A stretch of DNA of 64,000 bases, taken from contig CAWJGT010000031.1 of NCBI GenBank assembly GCA_963842525.1, positions 1 through 64,000 of the forward strand, read 5' to 3'. Numbering within the stretch: position 1 is the first letter of the stretch; every line of letters begins with the position of its first letter. Origin of the DNA: an uncultured Holophagales bacterium. Its GTDB lineage: Bacteria; Acidobacteriota; Thermoanaerobaculia; Multivoradales; UBA5704. Positions 1 to 9,601 of the stretch are shown here, one piece after another. The translations under genes were made by a program, and so were the position numbers. The notes beneath the pieces are model-generated. The model searched no databases, was not told the origin of the DNA, and saw nothing but the letters and a program-made list of their open reading frames with translations.

Positions 1-135
1 TGCTACAATGGCCTCACCACCCGGGGCGGCGCCGACGGCGTCGGCCGGGCCACGACGAACACGGTGGTGCTCGCCGCGATCCTGGTCCTGGTCTCCGATT
101 TCTTCCTCACCAAGCTCTTCTATCTGCTCGCATGA
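1..135 (+). CDS. mlaE: MlaE-family ABC permease, 3' end (partial)
   Basis: Frame 1 reads ...GLTTRGGADGVGRATTNTVV...DFFLTKLFYLLA*, the typical MlaE C-terminus, directly upstream of MlaF/MlaD-like genes. Confidence 0.85.
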   Translation, partial: CYNGLTTRGGADGVGRATTNTVVLAAILVLVSDFFLTKLFYLLA

Positions 136-156
136 CTCGCATGAAAGGTCCGCACT

Positions 157-921
157 GTGTCTGAGCCGCTCTATCGGGTCCGCGGTCTGACCAAGAAATA
201 CGGCGACCGGACCGTCCTCGAACGGGTCGACTGCGACGTGCTCCGCGGCGAATGCCTGGTCATCCTCGGCCGCTCCGGGTCCGGCAAGAGCGTGACGCTG
301 CGGCAGCTCAACGGCCTCGAGAAACCCGACGCCGGCAGTGTGGAATTCGATGGCATCAACCTCACGGAGCTGCAGGAGAGGGAGCTGTTCCCCCTGCGCC
401 GGCGGATCGCCATGCTGTTCCAGAGCGGGGCCCTGTTCGATTCGATGAACGTCTTCGACAACGTCGCCTTCCCGCTGCGCGAGCATACCGAGATGCCGGC
501 GGGGGAGATCGCCGAGACGGTGCGCCGCAAGCTCGCCATGGTCAACCTCAAGGACAAGGACGTGGAGCGGAAGATGCCCTCGGACCTCTCGGGCGGCATG
601 CGCAAACGCGTGGCGCTCGCCCGCTCCCTGGCCCTCGACCCGGAAGTGGTGCTCTTCGACGAGCCCACCACCGGTCTCGACCCGGTGACCGCGGCCACCA
701 TCGGCAAGCTGATCAACTCGATCCAGAAGGAGCTGGGGGTCACGGCCGTGGTGGTCACCCACGACATCCCGCTGGCCCGCCGGGTCGGCGACCGTCTCGC
801 GTTCCTGTCGAACCGGCGGTTCAGCTTCCTCGGTGATTGGAAGGCGGCGGAGAGCAGCCCGGACACGGAGCTCGCCAGCTTCCTTACGGGACGGGAACAG
901 GAGGACGAGGATGCCGCCTAG
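157..921 (+). CDS. mlaF: MlaF-type ABC ATP-binding protein
   Basis: Walker A GRSGSGKS, signature LSGGMRKRV, Walker [12 protein letters not shown]. Confidence 0.9.
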   Translation: MSEPLYRVRGLTKKYGDRTVLERVDCDVLRGECLVILGRSGSGKSVTLRQLNGLEKPDAGSVEFDGINLTELQERELFPLRRRIAMLFQSGALFDSMNVFDNVAFPLREHTEMPAGEIAETVRRKLAMVNLKDKDVERKMPSDLSGGMRKRVALARSLALDPEVVLFDEPTTGLDPVTAATIGKLINSIQKELGVTAVVVTHDIPLARRVGDRLAFLSNRRFSFLGDWKAAESSPDTELASFLTGREQEDEDAA

Positions 922-2230
922 AACGCGCGAGATCAAGGTCGGCCTGTTGATCCTGGCCGCTTTCGCGGTGCTGGCCGCCGGGGTCTTCCTGATCGGGGAG
1001 AAGAACAACCTCTTCTCCCGCAAGAACCGCTATTTCATCGAGTTCAACTCGGCCGGCGGCGTGCGGCAGGGCAATCCCGTGCAGCTCAACGGCGTGGATG
1101 CGGGCACGGTCGAGCAGGTGGTCCTCCCCCAGGACCCGGCCAAGGAGCAGATCCGGATCTGGATCAGCGTCGACCGTCAATACGCCGAGCGAATCCGCGG
1201 GCCGCAGCAGCCGGGCGTCCGCGGGGAGAAGCCGCGGTCGCAGGCCCGCATCAAGACCCTCGGCCTGCTCGGGGACAAGTACATCGAGCTCTCTTCGGGC
1301 TCCCTCGAATATCCGGTCATCCCCGACCAGGGGAAGATCCCCGCCGCCGAGCCGACCAACGTGGACGCCCTGATCGCCTCGGGCGAGGACGTGATGGACA
1401 ACGTGGTCGAGATCTCCGCCTCGCTGTCGACGATCCTCGGGCGCATGGAGCGCGGCGAGGGCGTGCTCGGCGAGCTGACGACGCAATCCGAGTCCGGCCG
1501 GCGGCTGCGCGACTCCCTGATCGGCACCTCGGAGTCGCTGGAACGGATCGCCGCCAGGCTCGAGACCGGCGAAGGCCCCCTGCCGCGGCTGCTCAACGAC
1601 CGGCAGATGGCCGACCAGCTCGCCTCGTCGCTCGACCGTTTCGAGGGCCTCCTCGCCCAGGCCCAGAACGGCCCCGGCCTCCTCCCCGGCCTGCTCAACG
1701 ATCCGGCGATGCGCCAGCAGGTCACCGACACCCTGGCCACCCTCCAGCAGACGGCGCGGGATCTGCAGGGGCTGACGGCCGATCTGGAGTCGGGCAACGG
1801 GCTGCTTCCGCGCCTGATGAAAGACGAGGAGTACGCTCGCGAGATCACCGGCAAGGTGAGCGAGATCGTGACCCGGCTCAACGAGCTCTCTCTCAAGGTC
1901 TCCGAGGGGAACGGGTCGGCCGCGAAGCTGATCAACGACCCCCAGATCTACGACGCGGTCAATGACGTCATCATCGGCGTCAACGAATCCCGGTTGCTGC
2001 GCTGGCTGATCCGCAGCCGGCAGAAGAAAGGGATCGAGAGGCGCTACAAGGACACGAAGAAGGCGATGGAGGAGCAGGGGATTACGCCGCCGCCGCTCGA
2101 CAAGCAGCCGGAGGCGCCCGATGCTCCGCAGGCGGAGGAGACGCCCCCTCCTCCGGCCGAGCCGCCCAACGAGCCTCCCCCTCTCCCGGGGAGGTGGAAG
2201 GGCGTGGCGGGAGAGGGGGTCGGGGGGTGA
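911..2230 (+). CDS. MlaD/MCE-family protein
   Basis: N-terminal TM helix, MCE motifs ([24 protein letters not shown]), helical repeats, Pro-rich tail; ATG at 911 overlaps the mlaF end. Confidence 0.85.
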   Translation: MPPRTREIKVGLLILAAFAVLAAGVFLIGEKNNLFSRKNRYFIEFNSAGGVRQGNPVQLNGVDAGTVEQVVLPQDPAKEQIRIWISVDRQYAERIRGPQQPGVRGEKPRSQARIKTLGLLGDKYIELSSGSLEYPVIPDQGKIPAAEPTNVDALIASGEDVMDNVVEISASLSTILGRMERGEGVLGELTTQSESGRRLRDSLIGTSESLERIAARLETGEGPLPRLLNDRQMADQLASSLDRFEGLLAQAQNGPGLLPGLLNDPAMRQQVTDTLATLQQTARDLQGLTADLESGNGLLPRLMKDEEYAREITGKVSEIVTRLNELSLKVSEGNGSAAKLINDPQIYDAVNDVIIGVNESRLLRWLIRSRQKKGIERRYKDTKKAMEEQGITPPPLDKQPEAPDAPQAEETPPPPAEPPNEPPPLPGRWKGVAGEGVGG

Positions 2231-2232
2231 GG
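2175..2232 (-). repeat. REP-like palindromic repeat (copy inside the mlaD 3' end)
   Basis: Reverse complement of CCTCACCCCC..CCCCCTCTCCC-loop-GGGAGAGGGGG. Confidence 0.7.
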
Positions 2233-3234
2233 GTCCTGCTGACCGGTGGCGCGGGCTTCATCGGCTCGCACCTGACGCGGCGCCTGCTCGCCCGGGGCGA
2301 CCGGGTGACGGTGCTCGACGACTTCAACGACTTCTACGACCCCGCCCGCAAGCGGGAGAACGTCGAGCCCCTCCTCGCGCGGCCGGACTACCGCTTGGTC
2401 GAGGGAGACATCCGCGACGAGCCCTTGGTCGACCGCCTCTTCGGCGAGGGGCAATTCGACGGCGTGGTCCACCTCGCGGCGCGGGCCGGCGTCCGCCCCA
2501 GCCTCCAGGAGCCGGTCCTCTACGAGGACGTCAACTGCATCGGCACCCTGCGGTTGCTCGAAGCCGCCCGCCGGCACGGTCCGAAGATTTTCATCTTCGG
2601 CTCGTCCTCCTCGGTCTACGGCATCAACAGGAAGGTCCCGTTCGCGGAGGACGACGAGGTCAACCAGCCGATCAGCCCGTACGCCACGACCAAGCGGTCG
2701 GGCGAGCTGCTCTGCTTCAACTATCACCACCTCTACGGCTTCCGGACCGCCTGCCTGCGCTTCTTCACCGTCTACGGCCCGGGGCAGCGCCCGGAGATGG
2801 CGATCCACAAGTTCACCGACCTGCTCTGGCGCGGCCGGGCGGTCCCCATGTACGGCGACGGGAGCAGCCGCCGCGACTACACGTACATCGACGACATCGT
2901 CGACGGCGTGGTCGCGGCGCTCGACCTGGCACCCGGCTTCGAGATCCTCAACCTGGGCGGGGCGGAGACCACGTCGCTGCGGGAGCTGGTTCTCTGGATT
3001 GCGGAAGAGCTTGCCGTCGAGCCGCGCATCGACTATCTTCCGGAGCAGCCCGGCGACGTCCCGATCACCTACGCCGATGTATCCAAGGCCGCGCGGCTCC
3101 TGGGGTATTCTCCCAAGGTTCCGATCCGGGAAGGGTTGCGCCGCTTCGTCGCCTGGTACCGTGAGCGCCGCGAGCACCAGTCCGGGCCCGGCAACCGTCA
3201 ACAGCCGGTCGAGCGAGGGCTTGTCCAGCCATGA
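2227..3234 (+). CDS. NAD-dependent epimerase/dehydratase (UDP-glucuronate 4-epimerase-like)
   Basis: TGGAGFIG, HLAARAGVRPS, YATTK; GTG start overlaps the upstream TGA (GTGA). Confidence 0.9.
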   Translation: MRVLLTGGAGFIGSHLTRRLLARGDRVTVLDDFNDFYDPARKRENVEPLLARPDYRLVEGDIRDEPLVDRLFGEGQFDGVVHLAARAGVRPSLQEPVLYEDVNCIGTLRLLEAARRHGPKIFIFGSSSSVYGINRKVPFAEDDEVNQPISPYATTKRSGELLCFNYHHLYGFRTACLRFFTVYGPGQRPEMAIHKFTDLLWRGRAVPMYGDGSSRRDYTYIDDIVDGVVAALDLAPGFEILNLGGAETTSLRELVLWIAEELAVEPRIDYLPEQPGDVPITYADVSKAARLLGYSPKVPIREGLRRFVAWYRERREHQSGPGNRQQPVERGLVQP

Positions 3235-4598
3235 ACATCTGCGTCGTGGGAAGCGGTTACGTCGGTCTGGTCACGGGCGCCTGCCTGGCGGACTTCGGCG
3301 TGCACGTGGTCGGCGTCGACAAGGACCACGCCAAGATCGACGCCCTGCGCCGCGGCAAGGTGCCGATCTATGAGCCCGGCCTGGAAACCCTGGTCCAGAC
3401 GAACATGGCGGAAGGGCGGCTCACGTTCTCCACCGAGCTCGGCCCGGCCATCGAGGAGGCCGCCGCGGTGTTCATCGCCGTCGGCACCCCGCCGAAGGCC
3501 GACGGCTCGGCGGATCTCACTTTCATTTGCGAGGTGGCCGAGTCGATCGGCCAGCACCTGAACGGCTACAAGGTCATCGTCACCAAGAGCACGGTGCCGA
3601 TCGGCACGGGCAAGGAGATCGAGCGGATCGTGCGCGAGCGCGCCGGCGGCAAGCACCGCTTCGCCGTGGTGAGCAACCCCGAGTTCCTGCGCGAGGGGTC
3701 GGCCATCGAGGACTTCATGCACCCCGACCGCGTGGTCATCGGCACCCAAGACCCCAGGGCGGCCGAGGTGATGCTGGACGTCTACTCGCCGCTCGCCGCC
3801 GCCGACGTGCCGTTCATCATTACGGACGTGGAGAGCGCCGAGCTGATCAAGTACGCCTCGAACGGCTTCCTGGCCACCAAGATCTCGTTCATCAACGAGA
3901 TCGCCCACATCTGCGAGGCCTGGGGCGCCAACGTGGACGTGGTGGCCAAGGGCATGGGCCTGGACAGCCGGATCGGTGCGAAGTTCCTCAACGCCGGCCC
4001 AGGCTTCGGCGGCTCCTGCTTCCCCAAGGACACGCGGGCCGCCGCCCAGATCTTCCGCGAGCAGGGGATGCGCTTCCGCATCATCGAAGCGGTGCTGGAG
4101 GTCAACGAGCAGGTCCAGACCCGCATGCTCGCCAAGATCCACGAGGCCCTGGGGGACGTCGCCGGCAAGACGGTCGGCGTCCTCGGCCTTTCGTTCAAAC
4201 CCAACACGGACGACATCCGCGAGTCGCCGGCCCTGCCGATCGTCCAGGGCCTGCTCGACGGCGGCGCCGCGGTCCGCGCCTTCGATCCGGAGGCGATGGC
4301 TCCCTGCCGGCCGCTCTTCCCCACGGTCACCTTCTGCGAGAACGCCTACGAGGCGGCCGAGGGGGCGGACGCCCTGGTCATCCTCACCGAGTGGAACCAG
4401 TTCCGCAAGCTCGAGCTCGACCGCCTGCAGCAGCTCCTGCGCCAGCCGCTGATCGTCGACCTGCGCAACCTCTATGAGCCGGACAAGATGGCGGCCTCGG
4501 GCTTCCGTTATGTCTCGGTCGGCCGGCCCGCAGGGCACCGCGAAGCCCCGGCCGGCGCCGGCCTGCGCGTCGTGGGAGCCGGGAGAGCGCGCTCGTGA
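3231..4598 (+). CDS. ugd: UDP-glucose/GDP-mannose dehydrogenase
   Basis: [35 protein letters not shown]. Confidence 0.92.
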   Translation: MNICVVGSGYVGLVTGACLADFGVHVVGVDKDHAKIDALRRGKVPIYEPGLETLVQTNMAEGRLTFSTELGPAIEEAAAVFIAVGTPPKADGSADLTFICEVAESIGQHLNGYKVIVTKSTVPIGTGKEIERIVRERAGGKHRFAVVSNPEFLREGSAIEDFMHPDRVVIGTQDPRAAEVMLDVYSPLAAADVPFIITDVESAELIKYASNGFLATKISFINEIAHICEAWGANVDVVAKGMGLDSRIGAKFLNAGPGFGGSCFPKDTRAAAQIFREQGMRFRIIEAVLEVNEQVQTRMLAKIHEALGDVAGKTVGVLGLSFKPNTDDIRESPALPIVQGLLDGGAAVRAFDPEAMAPCRPLFPTVTFCENAYEAAEGADALVILTEWNQFRKLELDRLQQLLRQPLIVDLRNLYEPDKMAASGFRYVSVGRPAGHREAPAGAGLRVVGAGRARS

Positions 4599-5551
4599 AG
4601 CGGACGGTCATCACCGGCGGTGCCGGCTTCCTCGGCTCTCACCTCTGCGAACGGCTGCTCGCCGAGGGCCATGAGGTGGTCTGCGTCGACAACCTGGTGA
4701 CCGGGCGGACGGACAACATCGCGCACCTCCTGGACCGCGACGACTTCGAGCTCCGGGAGCACGACGTCTCCAAGCCGTTCGAGGTCGAGGGACGGGTCGA
4801 CTGCGTCCTTCACTTCGCCTCGCCGGCAAGCCCGATCGACTACCTGGAGCTGCCGATCCAGACCCTCAAGGTGGGATCGCTCGGCACCCACAACACGCTC
4901 GGGCTGGCCAAGGCCAAGGGGGCGCGGTATTTCCTCGCCTCCACCTCCGAGGTGTACGGCGACCCCGAGGTGCATCCGCAGAAGGAGAGCTACTGGGGGC
5001 ATGTCAACCCGGTGGGGCCGCGCGGCGTCTACGACGAAGCGAAGCGGTTCGCCGAGGCCATGGCCATGGCCTACCACCGCGCGCATGGGCTCGAGGTACG
5101 GATCGTCCGCATCTTCAACACCTACGGGCCGCGGATGCGCGTACGCGACGGCCGCGTGGTGCCCGCCTTCATCCAGCAGGCGTTGACCGGCGAGCCCCTG
5201 ACCGTCTTCGGCGAGGGCCAGCAGACCCGCTCGTTCTGCTACGTGGACGACCTGGTCGAGGGGATCTGGCGCCTGCTCCAGAGCGACCTCGGCGAGCCCT
5301 GCAACATCGGCAACCCGCACGAGATGACGATCCTGGAGTTCGCCGAGACCATCAAGGCCGCGGTGGGCAGCGCCAGCCCGATCGTCTTCAAGCCGCTGCC
5401 GGAGGACGACCCCAAGCAGCGGCGGCCCGACATCACGCGTGCGCGCACCTGCCTCGGCTGGGAACCGCAGGTCCCGCTGGCCGAGGGGCTGAAGAGCACC
5501 ATCGCGTACTTCCGCCAGGTCCTCGCCGGCCAGAGGGTGCTCCAGGAGTAG
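4595..5551 (+). CDS. UDP-glucuronate decarboxylase (UXS-like SDR)
   Basis: [41 protein letters not shown]. Confidence 0.9.
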   Translation: MKRTVITGGAGFLGSHLCERLLAEGHEVVCVDNLVTGRTDNIAHLLDRDDFELREHDVSKPFEVEGRVDCVLHFASPASPIDYLELPIQTLKVGSLGTHNTLGLAKAKGARYFLASTSEVYGDPEVHPQKESYWGHVNPVGPRGVYDEAKRFAEAMAMAYHRAHGLEVRIVRIFNTYGPRMRVRDGRVVPAFIQQALTGEPLTVFGEGQQTRSFCYVDDLVEGIWRLLQSDLGEPCNIGNPHEMTILEFAETIKAAVGSASPIVFKPLPEDDPKQRRPDITRARTCLGWEPQVPLAEGLKSTIAYFRQVLAGQRVLQE

Positions 5552-5560
5552 AATCCCGCC

Positions 5561-5827
5561 ATGCAGAATCCGCGAAAAGCCCTGGCCTACGCTTTGGAGA
5601 AGTACCCGGAGAGGGTGGAGATGGTGCCTCTCGAAGAGGTCGTCATCGACAGCGCGCGGCAGAATCCCAAGCGCCACGCCTACGTAACCCTCTCGGTGCC
5701 CGACGAGGTGGTGAAGAGCCTCAAGGGGAAGCGGGACGCTCGCGATCTGCTTCTGCTGGTGCGGGTGCCGAAGGAGGTTCTGGAGCGCTCCGAAAGCCTC
5801 ATCGTGCTGCCCGGGGAGGTCCGTTAA
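5561..5827 (+). CDS. hypothetical protein (88 aa)
   Basis: Typical codon usage, TAGAAT 6 nt before the ATG, abuts the next gene. Confidence 0.7.
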   Translation: MQNPRKALAYALEKYPERVEMVPLEEVVIDSARQNPKRHAYVTLSVPDEVVKSLKGKRDARDLLLLVRVPKEVLERSESLIVLPGEVR

Positions 5828-6094
5828 ATGGCGACGCTGTCCTGCGTCCATTGCGGCCGGCCCGAGGCGCCGGCCCTGCCCCGTCCGCCCCTGCCGGGCA
5901 AGCTCGGCCAGGAGATCCGCGAGAAGGTCTGCGCCGACTGCTGGAACGAGTGGCAGCGGATGGAGGTGATGGTCATCAACGAGCTGCGCCTGAACTTCAT
6001 GGACCCCGCGGCGCAGGAGACCCTCAGCCGCCATATGCAAGATTTCCTGTTCACCCCGGCAGCGCCCTCCGGCGCCGGGCCGGAATCCGCCTGA
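5828..6094 (+). CDS. Fe(II)-trafficking/oxidative-damage protection protein (YggX family)
   Basis: PPLPGKLGQEI...CADCWNEW...MVINELRLN matches the YggX pattern. Confidence 0.8.
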   Translation: MATLSCVHCGRPEAPALPRPPLPGKLGQEIREKVCADCWNEWQRMEVMVINELRLNFMDPAAQETLSRHMQDFLFTPAAPSGAGPESA

Positions 6095-6103
6095 CAAGGA
6101 CGG

Positions 6104-6877
6104 ATGACGTCCCAGCCTGAACACCACCGGCGGGTGCCCCGCCACCTGCTGGTCCGGTTCGTGATCCTGGTGGTTGTCGTCGGGACCGGGTTCGCGGTCC
6201 TGCGCTGGTCGCCGCTGGCCGATCAGCTCTCCTGGGAGCAGATCTCCGCCACCTTCGACCGGCTGCGCGGCACTTGGTGGGCACCGGCCCTGCTGTTGGG
6301 AGCCTTTGCGGTCCTCTGCCCCTTCGGCATGCCGCCGACTCCTCTCCTGATCACCGGCGCCGTCGTCTTCGGAGCGGTCTACGGCTCGATCTACAACATC
6401 GTGGGCGTCTTCCTGGGTGCGGCCACGACCTACCTCCTGGGCCGGCATCTGGGGCGGGATTTCCTCGTCCATCTCGCCGGCGAGCGGCTCAAGAAGGTCG
6501 AACGGTTCCTCCGCCGCCACGGCGGCTTCTGGGGCCTCGTGGGGGTCCGCTTCGTCCCGCTCCCCTTCCTCCTGGTCAACTACTGCGCCGCGCTCGCCGG
6601 CATCCGTCCCGGCCTCTTCCTCTCCGCCACCGCGCTCGGACTCGCCCTGACCGTACCGATCTTCACCTGGTTCGCGGCTGCCATCGCCCGCGCCGCCAGC
6701 GGCGACCGGGGCGGGATCTACATCCAGATGGGGGTGGCGCTGACGCTCCTGATCCTGATCAACCTGATCCCGCGGATCTGGGCGATCCGCCAGCGCCGGG
6801 AGCGCTACCGGCAGGTCTGCAAGACGCGACGGCTCAGGCCGGCCCCAGCATCGCCTCGACCTCCGGGAGATCGATGA
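6104..6877 (+). CDS. TVP38/DedA (VTT domain) membrane protein
   Basis: Multiple TM segments; GAVVFG...G, YLLGRHLG, RFVPLPFLLVNYCAAL motifs. Confidence 0.85.
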   Translation: MTSQPEHHRRVPRHLLVRFVILVVVVGTGFAVLRWSPLADQLSWEQISATFDRLRGTWWAPALLLGAFAVLCPFGMPPTPLLITGAVVFGAVYGSIYNIVGVFLGAATTYLLGRHLGRDFLVHLAGERLKKVERFLRRHGGFWGLVGVRFVPLPFLLVNYCAALAGIRPGLFLSATALGLALTVPIFTWFAAAIARAASGDRGGIYIQMGVALTLLILINLIPRIWAIRQRRERYRQVCKTRRLRPAPASPRPPGDR

Positions 6878-7919
6878 GCAGCGCGCCGCCGGTGACGTGG
6901 GCCGAGGGGTCGAACTCGTAATCGCGGATCACCCGGCGGAAGGCCTCGCGCAGGGCGCGGGCGCCAAGGCGGGGCTGGCGGGAGGCCTCGACGGCGATGC
7001 GCCGCACCGCCGCGGGCGACAGGGCCAGGTGGATGCCCCGGCTTTCGAAGTAGGCCCGGGTCTGGTGATAGGCCGAGTCGGGGGTGTCGAGGAAGATGCG
7101 GACGAGCTCGTCCCGCCCCAGGTCGTGGAGCAGCACCACGGCGTCGAAGCGGGAGAGGAACTGCGGGCTCATCCCGTAGTCGAACAGATCCTCGTTGCGC
7201 AGCCAGTCGCGCAGGTGGAAGACCAGCTTCTCCTGGACCTGGCCGTCCTCGACCATGGTCACCGGCTGGAGCGCGCCGCGGTCCTTGCCGACGGTGACCC
7301 GGTCGAAGACCGAATCGTAGAGACCCTCGAAGGCGCCCGCACAAATGAAAAGAAGATTGCTCGAATCGACTGTCGTCGTCCCGCCGCCGGCCCAGGCCGG
7401 GAGCTGCAGGGCCACGGCTTCGTTCTCGATCAGCGTGAGCAGCGCCTCCTGCGCCCGGATGCCCGGGACGTTCGGCTGCCCGCCGATGTGGGAGCGGATC
7501 TTGTCCACCTCGTCGACGAAGGCCAGCCCCGAGGAGGCCCGCCGCAGCAGGGCATCGAGCGGCGCCTGCGGCCCGAGCTGCTCGCGGGCGCGTTCGAGGA
7601 GCCGCTCCAGAACCGCCTGCCCGGGGCGCCCGCGCTGCGCCTCCTCCCCCAGGACATTGGCGTGGATTCGCACCACGGCCGAGCGGGTCGCCAGGGCGGG
7701 GTCGGAGGCCAGGAACCCCTCGACCGCCCGCATCAGGGTGGTCTTGCCCGTCCCCGACGAGCCGATCATCAGGATGTTGCCCACCCGCAGCCCGGCCAGG
7801 TGCTTGGAGAGTGCGACCGCCATCTCGCGGATTGCATCCGGCTGCCCCATCACCCGGCGGGACAGGGCCTCGGCGATCTCCAGCGGGCCGGGGGTACGAG
7901 TCGTCTCGGTGGATGCCAT
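6834..7919 (-). CDS. ClpX/HslU-like AAA+ ATPase, atypical
   Basis: VMGQPDA, NILMIGSSGTGKT, FVDEVDKI, QEALLTLIE, LFICAGAF, LGARAL; start codon uncertain. Confidence 0.8.
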   Translation of the reverse strand: MASTETTRTPGPLEIAEALSRRVMGQPDAIREMAVALSKHLAGLRVGNILMIGSSGTGKTTLMRAVEGFLASDPALATRSAVVRIHANVLGEEAQRGRPGQAVLERLLERAREQLGPQAPLDALLRRASSGLAFVDEVDKIRSHIGGQPNVPGIRAQEALLTLIENEAVALQLPAWAGGGTTTVDSSNLLFICAGAFEGLYDSVFDRVTVGKDRGALQPVTMVEDGQVQEKLVFHLRDWLRNEDLFDYGMSPQFLSRFDAVVLLHDLGRDELVRIFLDTPDSAYHQTRAYFESRGIHLALSPAAVRRIAVEASRQPRLGARALREAFRRVIRDYEFDPSAHVTGGALLIDLPEVEAMLGPA

Positions 7920-7958
7920 GGAATGCATGCGTTTCGGGATCGTCAAGCAGGGGCGCGG

Positions 7959-8147
7959 CTATTTGGGCCTCGGCAGCCCCAGGTCCCGGCAGATCTTCCG
8001 GGCCAGGTTGTCGCCGACTTCGGTGTGCCTTGGCACCGCGGATCGCTTGTTCAGTGCTGGGTTATGCCACCATGAGTGTCGAGCGCCCTCGCGAAGGAGC
8101 TCGCAGCCGTGACTCCGCAGATGGCGGAGCAGCTCCTCCCGCTTCAT
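7959..8147 (-). CDS. hicA: HicA-family toxin
   Basis: 62 aa, LLREGARHSWW...VPRH...ICRDLG. Confidence 0.85.
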   Translation of the reverse strand: MKREELLRHLRSHGCELLREGARHSWWHNPALNKRSAVPRHTEVGDNLARKICRDLGLPRPK

Positions 8148-8356
8148 ACCGCGATCTGTTCTTCCTCGTAGCTCTCGCCAGCCGCTCCAAGAGCCTCTGC
8201 GCGGTTGAGCTCAAGAGCCTCCCGGAGGGTGATACGCAGGGTCTCGAGGAGCTCCTCGCGAGTCGGCTCCTGGCAGTTGACCCCTGGAATCTCTTCAATC
8301 CAGCCGATCCACCAGCCGGCGTCCTTTTTGATGAGAGCTGTATACCTCTGGTCCAT
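8144..8356 (-). CDS. hicB: HicB-family antitoxin (short, no DNA-binding domain)
   Basis: YTALIKKDAGWWIGWIEEIPGVNCQ..TREEL; ATGA overlap with hicA; AAGGAGG upstream. Confidence 0.85.
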   Translation of the reverse strand: MDQRYTALIKKDAGWWIGWIEEIPGVNCQEPTREELLETLRITLREALELNRAEALGAAGESYEEEQIAV

Positions 8357-8389
8357 CCCTGCGGTCCTCCTTGGGGGTATCCTACGTCA

Positions 8390-9601
8390 TCACGCCTGCT
8401 TCGAGTCGCCCGGCGGCCTCTCGGCTCGGGGCCTCACACCCCGGCATGTCCACGGCTCTGTCTCCAGATGCTGGGCCGGCGGAGTCGCGTCCCAGGCCAG
8501 AAAGATCTGCCGATGAATGTCCCTGGACTCCAGAGATGGCGTCCAGTCTACTCGGGCCCCGCTCCTCGCCCCCTCCACCCTCTCGAGAAACTCTCTCACC
8601 TCATGCCATCCGGAGTTGAAGGTGAGGAACTCGATGTCCTGGAACCGGTCGAGCCCTTTCGGCAACTCCGACTCCGGGATCAGGGGAGGCCCCGGGATCA
8701 GGGCGATCCGGAAGTTGCGCTGCTCCCCCGGATACGGATTGTTCACCCAGAAACGATGGAGCTCCTCGATGGTCCGATCGCGAAAGCCGCAGCCTACGTA
8801 GACCATGTGTCCCTGCGCGAGGATCGCGCGGTAAACCCTCTTGAGGTCGTCGCCCCTGTTTTCTTGATCCACGAACCTCCCTTTCTTCTTCCGCTTCTTT
8901 TCCCAGGCGCCGTCCGGATCGAGCTCCATGGAGCCGAAGTCGTTGATGTCGCCGTGGAGCTTGAGGACGAAGCGCGGATTGCTCAGGAGATAGCGCAGGA
9001 AGTCGGCATTGTAACGATAGGAGCGAAGCGCCGCCCCATGGTGGAAGAGGGAGTACGCGTGCTCCAGCAACATATCGTAGTTGGTGGTAAGCACCCCGTT
9101 GCACGCACTGCGCCAGATGAGGGAATGCAGCACCAGGTCCTCGGCGCTCGGCTCCTTCCCTGGGCGGGCGTGCGGTTTTTTCGGGTCCCGGGGGACGGGA
9201 GCTGCTTTGCAATTGTCCTCGGTGAATTGCAGCCGTGGCGCCCGGTAGCGGAGCATCATGTTGAGCAGGGCCGTGCGGCCGAGTCCGCGCGGATCTCTCG
9301 ATTGCCGCGACAGGCTGCGGATCAACCGATTCTTCCTCTCAGGCTGAGCGACGAAGGACTGGAGGAAAGCTGCGTTCTTCTTTGCGGTCTCATCTGACTC
9401 GTCATCCGGTGGACAGGCACGCTGACGCGTCCTCCCTTCGTAGTGCCGTCGATACCACCAGATCATAGAGGGCATCTCGTTCCAGCGGACGAGGCCGGCG
9501 GCGATGGAGAGGCCCGCTCCCACGTAGAAAAACAACGGGCCGCTGGCGAGTCGCGAGAAGGCGAAGTCTTCCCAGGGCTGCGTGAGGCTTCGTTCAGGCA
9601 T
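8390..9601 (-). CDS. SIR2-like (SIR2_2-type) domain protein
   Basis: FYVGAGLS, TTNYD, LKLHGD, YVGCGFRD motifs in order. Confidence 0.8.
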   Translation of the reverse strand: MPERSLTQPWEDFAFSRLASGPLFFYVGAGLSIAAGLVRWNEMPSMIWWYRRHYEGRTRQRACPPDDESDETAKKNAAFLQSFVAQPERKNRLIRSLSRQSRDPRGLGRTALLNMMLRYRAPRLQFTEDNCKAAPVPRDPKKPHARPGKEPSAEDLVLHSLIWRSACNGVLTTNYDMLLEHAYSLFHHGAALRSYRYNADFLRYLLSNPRFVLKLHGDINDFGSMELDPDGAWEKKRKKKGRFVDQENRGDDLKRVYRAILAQGHMVYVGCGFRDRTIEELHRFWVNNPYPGEQRNFRIALIPGPPLIPESELPKGLDRFQDIEFLTFNSGWHEVREFLERVEGARSGARVDWTPSLESRDIHRQIFLAWDATPPAQHLETEPWTCRGVRPRAERPPGDSKQA

